A DNA stretch of 64,000 nucleotides from Klebsormidium nitens (lineage: Eukaryota > Plantae > Klebsormidiophyceae): contig DF237139.1 in the NCBI GenBank assembly GCA_000708835.1, positions 1 to 64,000 on the forward strand, read 5' to 3'. The translations under genes were made by a program, and so were the position numbers. Under the pieces are notes generated by a model. The model saw only the letters and a list, made by a program, of their open reading frames with translations, was not told where the DNA came from and searched no databases. This document shows, piece by piece, positions 1 through 9,421 of the stretch. The first letter of the stretch is position 1. The number at the start of each line of letters is the position of its first letter.

Positions 1-124
1 CGACTAACTTCGAACGTCGAAAATCTTCAATTTCTTGAAGTGTGTTGCGCAGGGTTGCGCTTCAAGTAGAAGCTGTCGATCTATCCTAGGACATTGCGCG
101 CATTCCTCATCTGGCTGTAAGACA

Positions 125-1588
125 ATGGCGAAGGACCAGCACATTGGCGGAAGTCCCTTTGACAGATTGCCCAACGAGGTTGTGCTGAAGATCTTAAGCA
201 AGGCTTGTGAGTCGAAGAAAGCCTGGGCGTGGGGGCTTCCGCACATGGAGGACTCAGGGGCCTGGGTTTCTTCTCAGTTGCTCGCCAGGCTGTCGTTGGT
301 CTGTCAGAGGTTTTACCACCTGAACACTTTAGCAGGGGCCAGCCACGTCCTTTGGGAGTTTGAAAAAGCAGATTCTTTGATGGGAGTATTCATGTCAAGT
401 CATGTTGGGGTGCATCTTCAGAGTCTGAGCCTCCATTATCAGAGGGCTTATCGAGCAGAAGCGAGAAAACTGCAAGCAGTTCCATCTGTGGAGTTTCTGG
501 CCGCCATCCTGAGGCAGTGCCCCAACTTGAGCACGTTTGCCTTGTTTGGGAACGGGACTTCGCAGACTGTCAAAGCCTCTGATCACCTGCAGCGGGTGCT
601 GTTGAAGTTGCCTTTGAAGACCCTCTACTTAGTGAACGCGGGGTTTTCTTTCCAGGAGCCTCTGAAGTCTACCTCCACTTGGAGGAACATGAGAGAGTGC
701 AAAATTTATGGTGCAAGCATCTGTGACCAATTCCTGCACTCTCTGCTGGAGCACCTGCCTGCCTTAGAAACGCTACGCGTTGAATCCTGTGCGGGTCTGG
801 CGCAGCCACACCTGCGGTCCTCAAGTTTGAAGAAGCTTGTACTGTTCTTAAGTGTTAGTAGCGGCCAAATGGTCATTGATGCACCAAATCTTTTGAGTCT
901 GAAAGGGGTGCCTGAACTGGACCGCTTGGATATATACTCACCAAAAGTGAAACGAATCATCCTGAACGGGCCTGTGGATCAGATTCAAGTCTTGCGGAAC
1001 TGCAAGTTCAGCCCGTCCAAATTGGAAGTACGTGGAAGAGATTGGCGGGTTGATCACATACGAAAGTTGCTGGACACGTTTGGGCCATCTGAGAAGCTGA
1101 TGCTGGAGATGGAGGATTTTCACAGCGATTGCGAGCCATGTGGAGCTTCCACCTTTCTGCAGAAGGTGTCGCCTTTGATAAGCTTTCTGCATTTGGGTAT
1201 TATGTGCACACAGTTGTACGAAACTGTTGCTTGCGAGAAGATCCTGCAAACGATGAAGTTCAATGTTCTAATGGATGTCCAAATAACAATCACCCAGAGG
1301 GAAGACTTCAGCTTGCTACCGTTGGTTATGAGTTGCTGTCCAAAGGTGCAGCGGTTAGAGGTTGGTATGAGGTATCTTGAAAAGCCAATTGACTTGCTAG
1401 CAACAAGGGTAACCACGTTACAACGTGCATTTCCAGACGTAGAGATCAAGTATGAGGAGCCTGCCCAGTTCTTGTCATCAGCACATGTGGAAGATCTAGC
1501 ACTGGCTGAAAACCCTGAGGAGACGTTGAACACGTTGGCAGCAGAGTTGCGGGAGTTTGCAGATCAATGCTACGAAGAACCAATCTAA
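125..1588 (+). CDS. Intronless F-box/LRR (FBD-type) protein
   Basis: 517-aa ORF from 35; likely ATG at 125 (MAKDQHIGGSPFDRLPNEVVLKILSKAC has the F-box LPxEVxxKILS pattern), followed by LRR-like units (LxxLxL; CPNLSTFAL, LPALETLRVESC, APNLLSLK). Confidence 0.8.
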   Translation: MAKDQHIGGSPFDRLPNEVVLKILSKACESKKAWAWGLPHMEDSGAWVSSQLLARLSLVCQRFYHLNTLAGASHVLWEFEKADSLMGVFMSSHVGVHLQSLSLHYQRAYRAEARKLQAVPSVEFLAAILRQCPNLSTFALFGNGTSQTVKASDHLQRVLLKLPLKTLYLVNAGFSFQEPLKSTSTWRNMRECKIYGASICDQFLHSLLEHLPALETLRVESCAGLAQPHLRSSSLKKLVLFLSVSSGQMVIDAPNLLSLKGVPELDRLDIYSPKVKRIILNGPVDQIQVLRNCKFSPSKLEVRGRDWRVDHIRKLLDTFGPSEKLMLEMEDFHSDCEPCGASTFLQKVSPLISFLHLGIMCTQLYETVACEKILQTMKFNVLMDVQITITQREDFSLLPLVMSCCPKVQRLEVGMRYLEKPIDLLATRVTTLQRAFPDVEIKYEEPAQFLSSAHVEDLALAENPEETLNTLAAELREFADQCYEEPI

Positions 1589-2817
1589 ACCTTGACCAAC
1601 ATCATCCATGTTGCTGCACTGATCACTTGTGTCGAGTAATTGACTCGAAATATATGGCTTCCTTCGAGGTCATTGTCCCAACTTTATTTACTAGATCGGC
1701 TCAATCTTCTGGCAGGACACCGGGATGAGCATGTACGTGGTCAGCTTTCTGGTCCAACTTTGCCCGTGCGCCTACTGGCCTGGCTGTGCAACATGCACGT
1801 GACGTACTTGTGCCCGGCAATGTTTACGGAACCTCTGCCTGTGGGGGCCTTCATTGACTTTATTATTGTGACGAAAGCTTTGATTAGCTGGCGCGCACAT
1901 TAAATTCTAGTTGCCCGTCGTCAATACTCATTTTCGTGCGGCCCTAGCTGCATGTGGCACGTCCAAAACTGGCTGTGCACCTGTGGCTCGCGACAGCTAT
2001 CACGTCACTCAGCATGCGCGGCATGCCTCAAACAGCTCGCAGCCTGGTTGACCATGTCATACAGGCGGCGCATCTATAAGTTTAATAGTAGCCTGGGGCT
2101 GCGGCAATCACTTTGACGGTGCAGGTGTACTTTGTGCACATGCACTGATGCATGCATGACTACTGTATTACTCTCAGTACGAAAAAGTTAAGTACAGCTC
2201 TCGCGTCTTCATGTAACCGTCGACTCAAGTTTGCAGTCACCGGTGGATACCAGGCTGGCATGGAGTATAAACAGATTCTAACATGAGAGCATGGTGGTAT
2301 CAGGTTCATCGAAACAGCAGCACCTCGCGCGCGCCTTGGGAAAAGTTTGTAATTCAAAGCATGGTTCTCTGGGTACCTACTGGTTGTACGTTGAAGAGCA
2401 GATCCGGCGTACTCCAACATATCATGCCGGCATGCAGTCTACAGATTATATTGAAATGCATATAACACTTCAATGCTAGTCAGTGCGTCTCAGCGCTGCT
2501 GGGCTGTAGCATGCTGTGCAAACCGTAAATCTGTACGAGTCACCCGTTGATGCAATCATCAGCAGCTAATGGTATAAGCAGGCACTGTATTGACCGAGCA
2601 CAAAGGTTGAGATATCCGACTTGGGAGCACGCAAACGATGAGGGTTGCAACTTGAGGCGGCCATATAATTGAGACATGCAAGCTTGCACTCCCTGAGTCC
2701 GGCTCTCCTCTGGCTGACTTTATAAACCTGTTGCGATCAGACCTAGGATCCGGCCGCTTGATGGGCATAACGAATCTTGTAAGATTATTCTACAAATTCG
2801 GCACAAACGACTTAGTT

Positions 2818-5800
2818 TTACAACATGGGTGGAGAGTACTTGTCGTCATCCTCCTCCCCTATATCCCCGAGGTCCACGTACCGCCTCCCTACATTATATC
2901 TCTTATCATACACGTAGTAGCTGGCGTATCCGAGACCCGCAAAGAACGCCATTGCGCAAGGCAACAAAATCACCCAAACCCAAACCCAGCTGTGACCCTG
3001 ACTCCCTCCATCCGTCTCCTTCTGCTCGCTTCCGGCGCTGCTGGCCCGTTCCGTTCCGTCCGTTCCGCCCCACGTCCTCCCCTCCCACCGCGGCCGCCCG
3101 GGTGACATCACCCGATCCAAGCCCGCGCTCATCATGGACGAAATCGACTGCGACACCTGGGCCACCATTTGTTGCCACACTAGTTGCACCTGCGGCCGTT
3201 TCGCCGAGCACCAATCGCACGGGGACTGCGCGCCGGGCGGGAGCTCGCAAACTCCGTGGAAGCCCGGGGTGCTCTCCCGAGCGAAGAGCTCGCAGATGGG
3301 CGTGTCCCAGACGCGCTTGAAGAGCGTACGCGCGGCCGAGTAGGACATGTTGGCGGCGCGCGCGGCAGACTCAGGGGATCCCTCCGCTTCTTCGTGGACG
3401 GAGGTCAGAACCTGCGTCACGAGAGCAGCTAATTCTCAAACTTTTGGGTGTAAAGGAGAATAGCGGCGGTAGGGAACAGAGGTAAAATAAGTAGACTCGG
3501 GGCATTGCTCCCCTTCTTCGAGGACGGAGATGAGGACCCGAATCGAAAGAGCAGCTGACTTAGTGAACAATATTGAAGGTAAAAAGAGGAAAGCGGAGGG
3601 GCAAAACAGAGGGAAAAGAGGCCGACTCGGGGCCTCGCTCCACTTCTTCGTGGACGGAGATGAAAGCCTGCAAAAAGAATCTGAACGTTTAGGGCACGTT
3701 TCCTCGTACATACAAAGGCTGGAAAATGGACGATCAAACAGACCGAAGCCGGTTCGGGGCCTTGCTCCGCTTCTTCGTGGATGGTCATGAGGACCTGCAT
3801 CAGGGGAGCAGACAACTTGAACTTTTCTGATGTAAGAACGGACCGAACGGACGTGAAACCGTACGTGAGATCACAAGGAAAGGGGCAGGCTCGGGGGCTT
3901 GCTCTGCTCCCTCGTGGACGGACATGAGGACCTGGTCCAAAGAAGCAGCTATGCTTTTGATCGTATCGAATGTGAGAATAACCGAACGGGCGTGCAATCG
4001 ATCAGGAAACCGTAAGACCGGGTAGAAGGAAAGACAGAAGAGCGTACTAGAGCAGTTCAAAACCATAGAAACGGTTACAGAACGGGCAGACATTCGGCAG
4101 ACGTCGGGCACAATCAGCCTCCCAAACTGTGTTCAGAACAGCACAGCCGTATGGCTGGGTCGCAGCGCGCACAGCTTGATAGCTTCTGAACCTGGTATGT
4201 CTTCCCTCTTGTCACTGTGGCCAAAGCAGGAACCAAGAAATAGACGTGACAAACGGAGTTGAGTTGACGACTGACATGCGTGCACGTCGCACGAGTCTCA
4301 CCTCGCCGTTTCCGGCTCCCTACAGCCGCACGTTTCACTGACAAGATTGTACAATCCATGACGTCATGTTCCTCCGATCCCTCTGACCCCTTCCAGGGAA
4401 GTGATACAAATGAAACGCCAAGGAGGAGAAGAAAAACAAGCGCACCTCTCCGAAGGTTTCCGGGTCCCCGCATCCACACGTCTGCGTGACGACGTCGCAC
4501 ATCTCGCGGCACGGGAGCCCCATGGAGAGCGCACCCAAGATGTCGGGCACCGCTTCGGAAAGCGCATCGTCGTAGTCTTCCTCGTCGGTGGCGACCCGGG
4601 ACAGCAGGGGCTGTAACCAGACAATGACGGGTTTAGTTGACGGTGGATTTGCAAATCCAGGCTACTCACTAGGAGGTGGTTACTTTCTCAAGAAAAGAGA
4701 CGTTGAGGAACACTTTCGAGAGCGTGTTGTCGTAGACGTGGGACAGCAGAGGCTGTGCCAAGAGAAGCACGGCGTAACAGAAACGGTTTCTTGAACAGAC
4801 CTGAATGATCCGGATGAGCGGCCGAGCGGCTTATGATCAGCCCACATAAGCTGCGCATTGATTGTTTCGATAGTCTTGACGGAGGCGCGTTGGGGCACCA
4901 AGAAGAGACTCAAAGGCTGACGCAGAGCCTGGCACCAGTAAGCGGCCAACATAGTAGCGGCCCGTACAGGCCCCCAGTATATTAGCAGGGCCAGAATATA
5001 AGCAGGCAGTATAAGCAGCCAGGTAGAGTGGCTCACCAGGATCTTATCAATGACCTTATCAAAGGTGCCGCACTTTGGCACCGCCTGACCACACCAGAAG
5101 CGCTGTAGAGACTGGTAGCACGGCTCGCACGGGCGGTGGCCTGGAGGACACGTGGCAGCCGTACATGAGATCGGAGCCTCCTTCAAATTTGAGAGCTTAC
5201 ACTTGTAGGGGCCATCAAAGCTTGCAACTGAAAATGCTGACCTGCCTGCTTCACATTATAGACTTAAGAGGTTACATATAATCTACAACGCCAAATCAGC
5301 AATACTTGTCTGTCTTTCAAGTGCAACGCCCCTTGTAAAGAGGTCAGTGCGGACCCTTGCAACGCCGCTTGTGGGAGAGGCGAGACGAATCCTGCCTCTT
5401 GAAAGCCTGAATGCTCACTTTCAGACACTGGGGTTAACATCTTCAGTGCCTAGGACAAACACCATTTCACACGAACTTCAGAGAACAGAAAACTTAAAGA
5501 CCATCTTTTTGACCTCAATCTTAGAAAAGAGAAACTCACCAAGCCCCTCCAATCGCGTCCGAAGCGCCGCATCCGGATCCTCCGACGCCTGCTGCATTGC
5601 GCTCCCCCGGAACGCGCAGTCCACGCGCGTGTTCACCCCCGCGCACTGGTGGACAATTCTCGAATCAGGGGGGAGATCCTGGCAGGCGCTGACCCCCCCA
5701 AAAATGTTGCACGGCAGTTCGTCCAGGTCGACCAGCCCCGCGCCGAGCACACGCAGGAGCGCCTTTTGTGCAAAGAGGGGGAGGTCGGCGAGGCGCAAGA

Positions 5801-7141
5801 GTTGCGAGGCGAGCTTCGCCTCGTCCAGGTCTGGGTTGAAAGAATGGATTTGTGGGTCAGTATTTGGAGGGGCCCTCAACATTCTCAGCCGATTTGGTAG
5901 GTAGGGGACAGGAGAAGGGAGAAAACTGCGCAAGACATAATCTTAAGTGAAAAGGGGGAGGTTGCGGACGCCCGAAGTGAAAGATTTTGACTACTTAGGG
6001 GATTGAAAAGGGACATATTGGTCCCACATTCCTGGAACATCTTGAGAAAGCCCTGCTTATGTAGAAGCATGTGCGTTGTCCCAGTTCAATAATCCGGGGA
6101 TGATCCAAAGGTTCACATTCTCTTAGCAACTGTGAGTTGCCCACGGTCAAAGCACCTTTTCAAAATCAGCAAGAGGTAAAAAGGGGAGACAATGGCAAGC
6201 GGCGGTTTGATTAGGTGGACGCCAATAATCTGTTGAAAGGCAGCAACAATGTGGAGATGTTTACAACAAAAGTGGAGGTGCATTACCTCACTGCCTCGAG
6301 GCGCATGATTGAACCACAATGACAGCAATTTCCAGATTGTAGTACACTTATGCCTGAGCGACATACGGTGACCAAGAATGTTGCTGGAAAGGTCGCAGGA
6401 AGCCCCCAACGGGACAGCCATAGCACCATTCGACGCGTCTCAAAGAAGGGGTTACCTCAACCGGCAAAAGATTTGTAACTCTTATTTGCAGCCTCCAGTA
6501 ATGAAGAGGAGTCTTACAATATCAGCAGACTTCCTCTTTGAGGAACTTGTTTCATGCTCGGTGCCCACTTCCAGTAACAAAAAGATAGCCCAATTTACTT
6601 TTCCAGAGATGCCCCTGTACAGATTGCCTTCATCGCAACAATCCTCCATGTCATCAAGCGCAACACCTGGTCAACTCCAAACATGGTTACAATAGTGGGA
6701 CTTGTTTTTCTTGGAACGTTTCTGAAAAGACACAGCTTCCAAAAGCACTGTCACCCGTCACAATTGAGTTTTGTCTCATTCACAACCCAAGAAACAAGTC
6801 CAGAATCCTAACATGCCACCAGAGAACAAGTATGTCAGCATTCAAAAGACCTCAAAGAGACCCACACAGCATTGGCTTCAGGTTTCAGGATTCAGGATTC
6901 AGGTTTCAGGTTTCAGGTTTCAGGTTTCAGGTTTCAGGTTTCAGGTTTCAGGTTCCAGGTTCCAGGTTTCAGGTTTCAGGTTTCAGATTTTAGGCATACC
7001 TTCAAGATCATCAAGATCAGGGAATCCCCCAGCCTCGCACCTGGGAAATGCCGGCACCAGCAGCAATACTAGGACGCAAAACGGCACGAGCCGGCGCACC
7101 ATTCCGCCGGGCTTTCCCACAGGCGTAAAACCTGTGGCCAT
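2818..7141 (-). CDS. Multi-exon type I membrane protein with Frizzled-CRD-like Cys-rich region
   Basis: Exons with GT-AG ends: 7141-7041 (signal peptide MATGFTPVGKPGGMVRRLVPFCVLVLLLVPAFP), about 5830-5540, 5140-5037 (CEPCYQSLQRFWCGQAVPKC), 4610-4446 (PCREMCDVVTQTC), 3411-2818 (TM VWVWVILLPCAMAFFAGLGYA and tail YVDL). Phases agree from 5830 onward; at least one exon between 7040 and 5830 is unresolved. Confidence 0.7.
3490..3931 (-). repeat. Four degenerate intronic copies of the acceptor plus first 48 nt of the 3411 exon
   Basis: Exon-like copies start at 3931, 3794, 3667 and 3537; the used exon starts at 3411. Spacing is 126-137 nt. Confidence 0.9.
6877..6986 (+). repeat. (TTTCAGG/TTCAGG)n microsatellite in first intron
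   Basis: About 15 tandem units read directly from the sequence. Confidence 0.95.
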
Positions 7142-7431
7142 GTGCTTTCTTACTGTGTGCTTATGCCGTGAGGCAGCCGCTCTGAGTTCCTAAGAAAAGG
7201 GGTTGCGGTAAACTTTTTTGAGGGGTTTACTTCCAGCCTCAGGTAAGGCCGGTGGTTGCAGTTTTGCAGCATGATCTTCTGGAAAGTAGGCACTTGCAAC
7301 TTCAAACAGGTGCTGCAACTACCGTACTCCCGGCTCCGTATGCTATTAAACTGACCGCCATGAAATTGCCACAATGCTAGCTTGAACTTCAAGTTGCAGT
7401 GTGCTGAGCTCATGCGAGCTGGTTAGACTCA

Positions 7432-8510
7432 GGGTGTCGTTCCACGAGCGGTGGAAGTCAAATTATAAATTCCCTGATTGGCCCGAATTGTTTCTGCCGT
7501 CGGTCGACGGGCGGACTTCCGGGCAAATAAATGCCACGTCGGCGGCACAACTTTTATTAAAACTCGACCCGAGTATTTCTAGGGTCGAACAAAAATATTT
7601 TTCTGTGCCGGGACGTGGCACCCNNNNNNNNNNNNNNNNNNNNNNNNNNNNNNNNNNNNNNNNNNNNNNNNNNNNNNNNNNNNNNNNNNNNNNNNNNNNN
7701 NNNNNNNNNNNNNNNNNNNNNNNNNNNNNNNNNNNNNNNNNNNNNNNNNNNNNNNNNNNNNNNNNNNNNNNNNNNNNNNNNNNNNNNNNNNNNNNNNNNN
7801 NNNNNNNNNNNNNNNNNNNNNNNNNNNNNNNNNNNNNNNNNNNNNNNNNNNNNNNNNNNNNNNNNNNNNNNNNNNNNNNNNNNNNNNNNNNNNNNNNNNN
7901 NNNNNNNNNNNNNNNNNNNNNNNNNNNNNNNNNNNNNNNNNNNNNNNNNNNNNNNNNNNNNNNNNNNNNNNNNNNNNNNNNNNNNNNNNNNNNNNNNNNN
8001 NNNNNNNNNNNNNNNNNNNNNNNNNNNNNNNNNNNNNNNNNNNNNNNNNNNNNNNNNNNNNNNNNNNNNNNNNNNNNNNNNNNNNNNNNNNNNNNNNNNN
8101 NNNNNNNNNNNNNNNNNNNNNNNNNNNNNNNNNNNNNNNNNNNNNNNNNNNNNNNNNNNNNNNNNNNNNNNNNNNNNNNNNNNNNNNNNNNNNNNNNNNN
8201 NNNNNNNNNNNNNNNNNNNNNNNNNNNNNNNNNNNNNNNNNNNNNNNNNNNNNNNNNNNNNNNNNNNNNNNNNNNNNNNNNNNNNNNNNNNNNNNNNNNN
8301 NNNNNNNNNNNNNNNNNNNCGAATGAGAGGGCGCCATGTCGGATTCTGCAGTAAGTGCGCATTTTTTGAATGCCACTTCCACCGGCGAGCTATTCCACGA
8401 GCGGCCGGAAATCGGTAATATATCGAACTTCCAGGCAAATTCCGGCCTCTTCAGAGCCACATGATTTATTTATTTTTCTGACTTCCACCACCGCCCGTGG
8501 AACGACACCC
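7432..8510. mobile_element. TIR element, PIF/Harbinger (Tourist)-like, spanning the assembly gap
   Basis: Left end GGGTGTCGTTCCACGAGCGGTGGAAGTCA; right end reverse-complemented GGGTGTCGTTCCACGGGCGGTGGTGGAAGTCA; 3-bp TCA flanks both ends (7429-7431, 8511-8513). Confidence 0.75.
7624..8319. other. Assembly gap (N run)
   Basis: Run of N bases. Confidence 0.99.
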
Positions 8511-9421
8511 TCAGAGCTGGCTGCCATCGGTGGCGTCGACCTGACGTCACCCGAAGTCTCCTTCACGGCCCGCCACTGACGAAAGCGATCGGACGGTTCA
8601 GATCGCATGCATCTGCTGATCCAGGTTCCAACAGCCCCAGCAAATAGGCGGTGGTTACAGCTTCTTCCGAGCAACCTGCTAGTTTTAGTGAAAATATTAG
8701 TGTAACTTAGTCAGTCTGTAGCTGAGTTGAATGAGTCTGATTTAGATGACACTACTGTAAAACTGGCAGATTAGTCGGGAGAAGCGGTAGTATTAAGGCA
8801 GTCTTACCTGGTTGAAGCAGTGAGGCTTACTGTACCTAGAATCTAGTAGAAACAAACTTTTCACATACTTTTCCCTGTCTGGGCTGGAGTAGGACAGCAA
8901 GTTTCAGGCGTCGGGAACGAACTTTAGCGCCGCAGGCCTCTGAGTCTCAGCCAATTTCACAATCATACAGCTGAGCTGACCCCAAGGCTCCCTGGCCCTG
9001 GGACTCAGATTCTGTTATTTGCTAGATTGTCCAGAACTCTCAGTATTCATCCAACGGTTCCCATTGAGATCTGAGCTCTGATCTGCGTGCCCTGATCAAC
9101 TTGAAATATGAGTCACTTTAGATCACCTCTTTTGAACCAGAAGCGGCTGCAACGCGAGTCTGTGAGTGCATCCACTGAAATTAATGGACTCAGCTTCATT
9201 TGATTGGGGAAGAGAGTCGTGAGCAGCTCATGGTCAGCTCTCAACACTCTAGTTATTCATAAGTAGACGTTTGATAAAATGATCACCCGAATGGAGAAGT
9301 ACGAGCTGCTTTAAGCTCTCTCTCTCTTTGTGGTCGTTCATAAGCTAGACGATTGACTAGAACAATCAGCCAAACCGGTCATAGACCTATCTGCGAAATG
9401 GTGCATTGACGAGCTCTTCTC

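Noticed and set aside
3360-3940. CRISPR-like repeat-spacer appearance
   Set aside because: Eukaryotic intron with no cas genes. The repeats are 48-nt degenerate exon-start copies preceded by AG, and the spacers are pyrimidine-rich intron sequence.
4114-4512. 132-aa ORF that looks like a type II membrane protein
   Set aside because: Alternative frame across the 4610-4446 exon and the following intron; the hydrophobic stretch is T-rich intron sequence.
6771-7193. ORF with FQVSGFR repeats
   Set aside because: Translation of the heptamer microsatellite, antisense to the real gene.
7401-8460. ORFs of about 270-320 aa made mostly of X
   Set aside because: Artefacts of the N gap.
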